Shown here: one piece after another, positions 56,490 to 64,000 of the stretch
Numbering within the stretch: position 1 is the stretch's first letter
Layout of the letters: every line of letters begins with the position of its first letter
From: a virus
Reading direction: 5' to 3' (one strand)
Virus record (IMG/VR): IMGVR_UViG_3300021185_002806
Length of the DNA stretch: 64,000 nt
The notes under the pieces: model-generated
The model's input: only the letters and a program-made list of their open reading frames with translations
Databases searched by the model: none
What the model was told of the DNA's origin: nothing
Translations under genes and position numbers: made by a program

Positions 56490-58226
56490 TTAAAGTATTA
56501 CTACTTCAATAATTTTAGAGCCTTCAGAGGACTCCGTCGTTAAGGATTTGGCAAAAACTGCACGTCCCATATCAACACCAGCAACACTTTTTGCATGACC
56601 TTTGACACTAGACGTTACCATTAAATCACCTTTTTTAACTGGTCCAATTACTTGACATGGTACTCTACCACGCAATGCAATGTAAGGGTGTGTATCATCT
56701 GTGCCTGCTTCTGCATTCATTCTATAAGCTGGATTAGTACTTACAACGCCTGCCACTCTGTAATCTGCGGGCACATCGGTCTTAGTGACTTCTTTATCTC
56801 CGCCAAATATAAGGACAGTTCCTGGTTCGTAAATAGCATCAGCTTCGTAACGTTCTGCAAGGTCGGCATAAGTGGCTTCAATCGTTTCGCCGTGAACAAA
56901 TTCCCATCTTTTTGATGGACTGCCCAAACTATATGTTGCATCAGTTAATGGTGTTATAGAGCCTGCTACTGTATTATTGGCATCATTTACCATATGGTTC
57001 GTTGGTAAATCTCCGGAAGTCAAATAACCGCTATCATTTGGTAAATCACTTATAGCTGTAGGGACATTCGGTTTATCTATTAAATTATTATAACTACCCG
57101 ATGTAGCCACTGTTGCCAAATTACTTGCTACTGCTAACGTGCTTATCTGTGTTTGCAGTGTTCCGTTGTAATCATCATCATTGTTTATTGATGCCGCTAT
57201 CTTTTTTAATGTGTTTAATTGATTTGGTGCAACATCTACCACATCATTTATACGGCCTTCTGTATACGTATTTGCCGCATTCAAATTTGTAACATCATCT
57301 GCTTGCCAATCTGCGGCAAAGCCTTGATAACTCTGTGTGACATACCCTGCATCATTGTAAAAAGAACCAACATTAGTCGGTAGACTAGTGCCTGTTGAGC
57401 CTCCAGTGCTTCCTGAAATAACAGTTGTGTCTGTCAATAGACCAAAGTCTGTAGGAGCATCATAACTAATAACACCAGTTGTATTGTCATAACCTATTTC
57501 ATTACCTGTTACACTGATTGCCTGTCTAGCATCTGAATCTTGGTAATAATTTCCTGAAAAAGATATTACACCAGTTGCTGGATCATACGTCAATTCACTA
57601 CCAGCATTCATACTGATAGCCGCTCTTGCTCTTGCATCTGTATAATAAAGATTTGTACCTTCAGTCAAATCATCTGTATCATAATTTGTTAGAACATTTG
57701 TAATCGCAGTACCATCACCAGTTATAGTAGTGAATGTTGCTTGTGCTGGTGCAGTTGCACCAATAACAGTGCCATCAATATTACCCGAGTTAATATCTAC
57801 TGTGCCGTTTCCAGTTACATCAATTATTACATCACCGTTTTCTGAATTTATATCACCTACTAATGCACCCGTAAGTGCAATATCAGTTCCTTCAATAGCG
57901 CCTGTTTTAAAATCATCACTGAACGTTGAAAATTTACCAGAGGTTTCGTCCCAACCAAACTTCTTGTTGTCATCTGTTCCTCTATTAATCTCAATACCAA
58001 CATCTTCGGTAGCAGAACCTGTTAAGTCTCCATTCAATAGCATAAATGGATCAGCAACACTTACTGTTTCTGAATCTACTGTAGTTGTGGCTCCTAATAC
58101 ACGTAAATCACCATCAATTTCTAGTACACCATTTTTAGGTTTAATTACTGCGTTTGCAACAGAATCTAAAATCAGTTTTTCACCTTTTAGAAATAATCTG
58201 TCACCGAATTTAATTTGCTCTGCCAT
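56490..58226 (-). CDS. Tail fibre-like protein with C-terminal intramolecular chaperone
   Basis: AGIEI-type block VGIEINRG, one TDDLTEG repeat, YADLAERYEAD...IALRGRVPC. Confidence 0.75.
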   Translation of the reverse strand: MAEQIKFGDRLFLKGEKLILDSVANAVIKPKNGVLEIDGDLRVLGATTTVDSETVSVADPFMLLNGDLTGSATEDVGIEINRGTDDNKKFGWDETSGKFSTFSDDFKTGAIEGTDIALTGALVGDINSENGDVIIDVTGNGTVDINSGNIDGTVIGATAPAQATFTTITGDGTAITNVLTNYDTDDLTEGTNLYYTDARARAAISMNAGSELTYDPATGVISFSGNYYQDSDARQAISVTGNEIGYDNTTGVISYDAPTDFGLLTDTTVISGSTGGSTGTSLPTNVGSFYNDAGYVTQSYQGFAADWQADDVTNLNAANTYTEGRINDVVDVAPNQLNTLKKIAASINNDDDYNGTLQTQISTLAVASNLATVATSGSYNNLIDKPNVPTAISDLPNDSGYLTSGDLPTNHMVNDANNTVAGSITPLTDATYSLGSPSKRWEFVHGETIEATYADLAERYEADAIYEPGTVLIFGGDKEVTKTDVPADYRVAGVVSTNPAYRMNAEAGTDDTHPYIALRGRVPCQVIGPVKKGDLMVTSSVKGHAKSVAGVDMGRAVFAKSLTTESSEGSKIIEVVIL

Positions 58227-58266
58227 ATGAATTCTCTCTCAAACGATTAGGTTTCTTATCTAATTG

Positions 58267-58274
58267 TATTTATC
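58267..58274 (-). promoter_or_regulatory. Late promoter GATAAATA
   Basis: tatttatc on +. Confidence 0.65.
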
Positions 58275-58297
58275 AGAATTCATGGTTTTTTAGCCAT

Positions 58298-58329
58298 AAA
58301 AAAAGCCGGGAATAAATCCCGGCTTTCTT
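58298..58329. terminator. Intrinsic terminator after the major capsid gene
   Basis: A7-gccggga-ataaa-tcccggc-tttctt. Confidence 0.8.
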
Positions 58330-58351
58330 GTAATCTAATTTGTATAAAAAA

Positions 58352-59506
58352 TTATACGAATGCTAGATTTGAGACTGCGATTTTAGAAACGTAGTCTGCC
58401 GCATTACCTAGAGATGATGCAGTGTTTGTTAGTTCAACATAACCGTAACGAGTCATAAATGACACTACTGGTTCGAATGAACTTGGATCTACCACAACGC
58501 CTGATGACATTAACGGTACGTATGGGCAATAGAACGCCGCCGCATCGATTTCGCCTTGACCTTTGTAGCCTAGTAATACGTCATCGTTTGATGCATATGT
58601 GTTTACATATACTCTCATAGTACTGTTTAGAGTACCTACGAACTTAGTATTAGTTGGTGCTTCAAAAGTACCTTCAGTTGTACGTGCAAATGCTGATGTA
58701 GTTGCAGATTGTAGAACTGTTAGTGCTGATGGTGAGATAACTGCCCAGTTAGCCGCGCCACGTCTTGTACGCTGTGCTACTAGGTTAGCTTGTTGGTTGA
58801 TTAATGTCGCAAGTACGGCATGTCTGTCACCGATAAACGTTGGTGTACCTGTGAATGATGCTGACATGTCATATGTAGCGCCAGTAGATGCTAAGTTAGA
58901 TAGTGAACCTAGAATTTCTTGGTCGATTTCAGCAGTGATTTCCATTGCTAATGCCGCCATGATTTCAGCTTCGATATCTAAACCGTGCATTGAGTTAGCG
59001 TCTTGTGCCGCTTCGAAAGTCCAACGTGCAGACAGTTTACGAGTTTTCGCTTCAACTGTTTGCTTTAGAACTTGAATTGACATTTTTGATCCTGCTTCAC
59101 CTTCTAGTGATGCTGTAGAAGCCGGAGCCCCTGCCGCGTCACCTGAATATGCGTTAGCAATATCAAATGGGCTTAGTGCTTCATCACCTGCCGCCACGCC
59201 AGCTTTTGCTTCTGCGTAACGTACTCTTAGAGTGTGAATTTGGCCTACTGGGCCTGTCATTGGCTGTACGCCGATGATTTCGTTTGCAATTACTGTTGGC
59301 ATTACACGACGGATAACTGGTAGGATCACTTTGTTAAGAGTAGCGATGTTACCAGCCTGTGTTGCACCAGCAGTTGCACTTTCATTAAGTGCTACTTTAG
59401 TGTTTTCTAAAACTGCGGACATTGTATCACGTTTTGTGCCTTCTAGACCTTCTAGTAGTGCATCACGTGTACCGTCCCAGTTATTTCCTTCAAAAAGATT
59501 TTCCAT
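58352..59506 (-). CDS. gp23: Major capsid protein (T4 gp23-like)
   Basis: GVQPMTGPVGQI, AKTRKLSARWT, FYCPYVPL, SFMTRYG. Confidence 0.96.
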   Translation of the reverse strand: MENLFEGNNWDGTRDALLEGLEGTKRDTMSAVLENTKVALNESATAGATQAGNIATLNKVILPVIRRVMPTVIANEIIGVQPMTGPVGQIHTLRVRYAEAKAGVAAGDEALSPFDIANAYSGDAAGAPASTASLEGEAGSKMSIQVLKQTVEAKTRKLSARWTFEAAQDANSMHGLDIEAEIMAALAMEITAEIDQEILGSLSNLASTGATYDMSASFTGTPTFIGDRHAVLATLINQQANLVAQRTRRGAANWAVISPSALTVLQSATTSAFARTTEGTFEAPTNTKFVGTLNSTMRVYVNTYASNDDVLLGYKGQGEIDAAAFYCPYVPLMSSGVVVDPSSFEPVVSFMTRYGYVELTNTASSLGNAADYVSKIAVSNLAFV

Positions 59507-59532
59507 CTTTTATTCTCCTGATATTATCCTGG

Positions 59533-60648
59533 TTAATTCAATCCAGCCAATTTCTTAAGCTGAATTATTTCGGCATCGCTTCCTGACGACTGTGGTTCTA
59601 CGTGTGTTGCTACCCCACGGTCACCAGTTCTTTCAGTCACTTTGCCTTCTGTTAATGTTTTTGTTTCTTTTGTAGAAACGTTTTTCTCATCCAAAACAGC
59701 TGGTAGATATTTTTTAAATGCTGTTTGTAGATTTGAAGTTTTTACTGACTCTAATAAATCAGACATTACTGTTGCTTTTTCTTTACCTAACGGTGCTAGT
59801 AAACCAGATAGAACTTCTTTTCTGTTCATCTTGTCTTCTAGTATACGTTGAGTTTTCTTAGCGCCTTCAATGTCCGCATCTTTATCAGCTATCACTTTTT
59901 CAAGTTCTGCAACCTTGTTAGCAGATTCGTTAAGTTTCTTGTTCACTTTAGCTACTTCTGTGCCTTCATTTAATTGTGAAGCCATAAATTCGCCTGAGAA
60001 CGCTTCAAAGACCTTACGTCCAAACTCATTTTCTTTAGCTTGTACGATATCTTCTTTTAACGCTTTCATTTCTGAACGTAAAGAATTCTTAATTGTATTT
60101 TCAACAAGTTCCGCTGAACGTTTAATAAACGATTCTTTAGTCTTGTTAAGAATATTTTTGCCTTCTGCTACCAAACGTACTTTAGTGTTAACTAATTCAC
60201 GTTTATCATTATGGAACTCAGATAGTTCACGGCTTAGTTGTTTAACAACGAATTTCTTAGTTTCCTGTAGATTTTCGTTAACTTTAGCCCTGTCTGCCTG
60301 TAGTTCTTTAACTTCGGTCGCTAAACGAGAAGTAATGAATTTTTCAAGGAGTTTTGCATGTTCAGAAATTGCTTTCTTATATGCAACTCGTTCTGCGATA
60401 AGTTGTTCACGGTCTGTTTTAAACTCTGCCATTTCAGCTTTAATTGATGTATTAAGCATGTTATCCATAGCTTCTACAATCACTGATTTGTCGTGTTCAA
60501 ACTTTTGTGCGAACTCCTCACGCAACTCGGCTGTAATCTCCTCTCTTGCTTCATTTAGTTTTGTCTCAAGAGCCTCTTTAATTTGTGCGCCAGCCTCTTC
60601 GGATAGGGCACCTGACTCTAAAAGATTAGCAAGGATTTCTGTTGCCAT
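59533..60648 (-). CDS. Prohead scaffold protein (gp22-like)
   Basis: Long coiled coil directly upstream of MCP; many LxE sites. Confidence 0.82.
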   Translation of the reverse strand: MATEILANLLESGALSEEAGAQIKEALETKLNEAREEITAELREEFAQKFEHDKSVIVEAMDNMLNTSIKAEMAEFKTDREQLIAERVAYKKAISEHAKLLEKFITSRLATEVKELQADRAKVNENLQETKKFVVKQLSRELSEFHNDKRELVNTKVRLVAEGKNILNKTKESFIKRSAELVENTIKNSLRSEMKALKEDIVQAKENEFGRKVFEAFSGEFMASQLNEGTEVAKVNKKLNESANKVAELEKVIADKDADIEGAKKTQRILEDKMNRKEVLSGLLAPLGKEKATVMSDLLESVKTSNLQTAFKKYLPAVLDEKNVSTKETKTLTEGKVTERTGDRGVATHVEPQSSGSDAEIIQLKKLAGLN

Positions 60649-60662
60649 TGTTGCTTCTCCTG

Positions 60663-61292
60663 TTATAGTTTAAGTTCATTAATGAACTTAACGATTTGTT
60701 CTGACAAGTATTTTTGAGCGACCTTGTCTGTTTGTACATTCTGTGCTAGTTGCCAAGTTTGGTAACCACCACGCATGTTCATTAAACCTTCGTAGATTGC
60801 CTTCGGGTAGGCATCTGGAGCACTTGGTTGTGCTACGATGTCTACAGTGACAATCTCAAAATTCTTCACATTCCCATCGTGACCAACTTCACCTGAACCA
60901 CGAGATGAGACACCTAGCGTGGCACCTGATTCGATTAATGTTCTGATAATGTTACCCATGGGTGTAGGAACAATTTTAAGTTTACCATATCCGTTCGGCC
61001 CATCCATCCACATATTCTCAATAATATGTGATACTCTGTCTACATTGACAGTTAATTCTGGCGGATGGTCACATTCACCTAATACTGGGAAACCTTCGCT
61101 GATTTTAGATTGTACAGATTCAACTGCCCTAGTAATTTCAGCTACAGGATATACCCTTTGGTTAGCATTCTTAACGTTACCTTGAACGAAAATGCCTTCC
61201 ATGAACATGTTTTTTCCGCCGTCCTCACCTTCCACGATACGTGATTTCACATTCGCTTGTTTGTGGGATAGTCTTTCAATAAGAACGGTCAT
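60663..61292 (-). CDS. gp21: Prohead protease (T4 gp21-like)
   Basis: NANQRVYP, LGECDHP, GVSSRGSG, DIVAQPSAPDA. Confidence 0.94.
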   Translation of the reverse strand: MTVLIERLSHKQANVKSRIVEGEDGGKNMFMEGIFVQGNVKNANQRVYPVAEITRAVESVQSKISEGFPVLGECDHPPELTVNVDRVSHIIENMWMDGPNGYGKLKIVPTPMGNIIRTLIESGATLGVSSRGSGEVGHDGNVKNFEIVTVDIVAQPSAPDAYPKAIYEGLMNMRGGYQTWQLAQNVQTDKVAQKYLSEQIVKFINELKL

Positions 61293-61309
61293 TGGTTATC
61301 TCCAAAGTT

Positions 61310-62194
61310 TTAGCTACTAACTGATTTAGTGTTAGCGCCGTTATCACCTTCAGAAGCCGATTTCGGGCTCATTGCAGGTGCTTTACTGTTTCCAGATACG
61401 TTTACGTTACCTGTTGACATATCTTTTGGTGCATCACCTTTGCCGCCTGATGTGTTACCATCGTTTTGGCCTACTGGTTTTGCATTTGAATCGTCACCAG
61501 GACGCTTTGCATTTGCATTGACTGTTGATGCTGTGTTGTCACCATTGTCGCCTGTTGACGCTGTTGCCGGAGTAACATACTCGTCCAACTTGTCTTCATC
61601 TGCTTCTGCTTCGTCTTCTGATTCTTCTAAATCAAGTTCTAGTTCATCTGATTCATCTACTGCTTCTTCTTCAACAGCTTCAATTTCAGTTGCTTCTTCC
61701 ATGTCATCTTCCACATCCATTTCTTCGTCTGCTTCATCTTCCATGTCATCGCCTTCACCTGACATAATTTTTTCGAATTCCGCTTCAAGATCCGCTAGAT
61801 TTGACTCTAGGTCATCTACACGTGCTTCCATATCCTCAGCTGGAGCCTCTTCATCACCCATTTCTAGGTCTTCTTCTGCTTCATCTTCTGATGATTCGTC
61901 TGCATCATAGAATTCTTCATTTTCTATTTCGGATGCGTCATCTTCGATAGCTTCGCCATCTTCCAATGATACTTCCTCTAGTTCTTCGTTTTCCTCAACT
62001 TGGTCAGTCTCGGCCTCAGATTCGTCTATATCCTCAAGGTCTTCTTCTACAACTTCGTCACTATCGTTAAGAAGTTCTTCATGGATCCTACGAGCCTCTG
62101 CTACAATAAAGTCATGCAACATGTTTTCTGCGGCGTCTTTTTCCTCGTTGATTAGAAGTTCTAGTACGTTCTCTAATGTACTTTTGTCTGACAT
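61310..62194 (-). CDS. Highly acidic prohead core protein
   Basis: D/E-rich low complexity; between portal and protease. Confidence 0.75.
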   Translation of the reverse strand: MSDKSTLENVLELLINEEKDAAENMLHDFIVAEARRIHEELLNDSDEVVEEDLEDIDESEAETDQVEENEELEEVSLEDGEAIEDDASEIENEEFYDADESSEDEAEEDLEMGDEEAPAEDMEARVDDLESNLADLEAEFEKIMSGEGDDMEDEADEEMDVEDDMEEATEIEAVEEEAVDESDELELDLEESEDEAEADEDKLDEYVTPATASTGDNGDNTASTVNANAKRPGDDSNAKPVGQNDGNTSGGKGDAPKDMSTGNVNVSGNSKAPAMSPKSASEGDNGANTKSVSS

Positions 62195-62285
62195 AATATT
62201 ATATCTCCTTATCTTCTATAATCGCCACGTTTGCAAAGTCGCTTGATGTGGCAAGGTTGTAGAAACACTTCTATTGTTTCAAATG

Positions 62286-62293
62286 TATTTATA
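62286..62293 (-). promoter_or_regulatory. Late promoter TATAAATA of head operon
   Basis: Exact T4 late consensus. Confidence 0.7.
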
Positions 62294-62436
62294 GAGGTTT
62301 TGAGGGTTTATTAAGGAAATGCAACAAAACGGCTATTTTTTCAAGCCATTTTGTGATATAAGTTATTTAACAAAGTATGTCAATCACTTATGTACTCATT
62401 TAACTGTCTTTTCAGACATTTATTGACACTTAAATA

Positions 62437-62655
62437 TTATAGTTCAGGCTCAGCAGATGCATCAGAACTACCACCATATTGAGTGCTTAGTCGTTCTTTT
62501 GCTTCTGAATTCTGTACTTTTCTATATTCACGCATCTTACGTAGGTCATTAAGGTGAGTAAGTGTTAGACGATTTTTTCTTGTATCATCTAATTCTATGC
62601 TATTATGTTCATCCCTATCAGGTGAATAATTTTCATTGATATCACTATACTTCAT
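62437..62655 (-). CDS. Small hypothetical head-associated protein
   Basis: 72 aa, directly downstream of portal; TATAAATA at 62680-62687. Confidence 0.7.
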   Translation of the reverse strand: MKYSDINENYSPDRDEHNSIELDDTRKNRLTLTHLNDLRKMREYRKVQNSEAKERLSTQYGGSSDASAEPEL

Positions 62656-62681
62656 TTAAAAACTCCGTTGACTATATCTAT

Positions 62682-64000
62682 TTATACGTTTGGATCGATT
62701 TCGTCTGTTTCTTCGGAATTTTCCGCGCCACTTATTGGTGAACCTTCTTCATCTGTCTCTGCATCCGTTTCATCAAACTCTGGATCGCCGCCTTCAAACT
62801 CACCGCCGGGAACACTTGCCCCTACTGATTTAAGTCCGTCTGCTTCTTGTGGGTCGCCAGTGCCTTTTTCTTCATGCCATAACTTTTCGTTTTCCATGAT
62901 TTCTTCATCAGATAATCCCAAGAAACGTTTCATTGCAAAACGCTTACTTACATACTCTGCGCCTTCGATTGCAGTAAATACATTCATCATAACTTGGTCT
63001 ACTTCTGCTTGACGATACTTACCAAAGTTTTGTGGAGGATTAAATTTCAAGTCAAACAAAGAACTTTCAATAACCACACCTCTGTGCTTCATGAACATCT
63101 TAAACTCTCTGTCCAAGTCTTCACATACTAATGCTTGTAAACGTTCACAGAACTTAGTAAATCTAAATTCTTGAATGAATGCAGTACCTACACGACCATC
63201 ATTGTAGCCGTTACCGTCACTGTCTAAGCTACCTAGATAGCTTGGTGGAACTCTAAGTCCACGCATCATCTTATCATTGAAGTATTTCAAATCATCAATC
63301 TGTCCTAAGTTTTCACCACCAGGTAGTGTCTCAACTTTAGAACCACGACCTTCAGCCGTCTGAGCAAAGAAGTAATCTTCCATAATAGATAGTGGATTGT
63401 ATGCACTATCTGTGATATTCTGACCGCCACCTGTTTTACTTGGAATACGTCTTTGATGAATTTCACTTTTGATACGTTCTAAGTGGGCTCTTGCTTTGTG
63501 TGTTGGCATGTTACCAACATCGATATAGAATACTCTACGTTCTGGTGCTCTTTGAACACGATAAATCAGAATAGCATCTTCTAATAATTCTTTTTGTTTA
63601 TAAACTTTGAACACTGGTTCAAGTATTGAGTTGCCAAAAGGCCAGAAGCCATCGATACCTTCACTTAATGAAATATGAACAATATGCTTTGCATCAACTG
63701 GCGTTGATGTTTGGTCTGACACAAATCTACTACCACCAGCGCCGCCGGCTGTATAGCCTTGTGTAGTGTTCGCATTAATATTAGGTGCTCCTGTAAGACC
63801 TGTTTGTGTTTGTAATAGTTTAGTTGTATCGGCAGTAATATTAAGGCTCTGTAGATTAATATCTAAATCTTTAATATAGTATGCTTCAATTTTTTTGCCT
63901 TTGCCTTCGTTAACAATAACTTTTTCGATTTTAGCTGGATCTACCCAAAAAAGTTTATATGTTTCCGGGTCACGAACAAATATTTGGTCTCCGAATTTGA
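62682..64000 (-). CDS. gp20: Portal protein (T4 gp20-like), 5' part outside the window
   Basis: Frame stays open from the window edge (KFGDQIFVRD...); YRVQRAPERRVFYIDVGNMP, EDYFF, TLPGGENLG. Confidence 0.95.
   Translation of the reverse strand, partial: KFGDQIFVRDPETYKLFWVDPAKIEKVIVNEGKGKKIEAYYIKDLDINLQSLNITADTTKLLQTQTGLTGAPNINANTTQGYTAGGAGGSRFVSDQTSTPVDAKHIVHISLSEGIDGFWPFGNSILEPVFKVYKQKELLEDAILIYRVQRAPERRVFYIDVGNMPTHKARAHLERIKSEIHQRRIPSKTGGGQNITDSAYNPLSIMEDYFFAQTAEGRGSKVETLPGGENLGQIDDLKYFNDKMMRGLRVPPSYLGSLDSDGNGYNDGRVGTAFIQEFRFTKFCERLQALVCEDLDREFKMFMKHRGVVIESSLFDLKFNPPQNFGKYRQAEVDQVMMNVFTAIEGAEYVSKRFAMKRFLGLSDEEIMENEKLWHEEKGTGDPQEADGLKSVGASVPGGEFEGGDPEFDETDAETDEEGSPISGAENSEETDEIDPNV

Noticed and set aside
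59870-60673. 267-aa + strand ORF (also 61329-61910, 31373-31894, 58599-59075, 42001-42465, 57730-58230)
   Set aside because: Antisense shadows of real minus-strand genes; Ser/Leu-rich, no RBS or motifs
1-64000. Stop-codon reassignment
   Set aside because: Core genes are full length under code 11 with high coding density; TAA, TGA and TAG all end genes

Overview
64 kb AT-rich segment of a large T4-like myovirus (Caudoviricetes), almost entirely encoded on the minus strand. The right half is a virion module: partial portal, prohead core, protease, scaffold, major capsid, three tail-fibre-like genes, neck and tail-terminator genes, sheath, tube, head completion and large terminase. The left half holds replication/recombination genes (gp41 helicase, primase, gp32, UvsX/Y/W, gp62-like, a ~200-aa mini Pol III alpha core), nucleotide metabolism (nrdAB, Prs, PRTase; dNMP kinase and NUDIX lie among the virion genes), tRNA-Arg(ACG) and an early region with sigma70 promoters. 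Tailoring enzymes are scattered through it: amidinotransferase, two Fe/2OG oxygenases, radical SAM, methyltransferase, QueD and SufT. Two promoter classes are readable: sigma70-like TTGAC-N16/17-TA(T/G)(A/T)(A/C/G)T and a T4-late-like (G/T)ATAAATA. Most interesting: (1) an amidinotransferase plus Fe/2OG oxygenase tightly coupled to the terminase behind a late promoter; (2) two early promoters with a GcrA/CcrM-type YGAKTCG site at the same offset, suggesting an alphaproteobacterial host and methylation-dependent activation; (3) a stand-alone miniature C-family polymerase core; (4) shared peptide signals marking probable head-packaged cargo, including a ligase-like protein. All function calls come from motifs recognised by eye; no database search was run.
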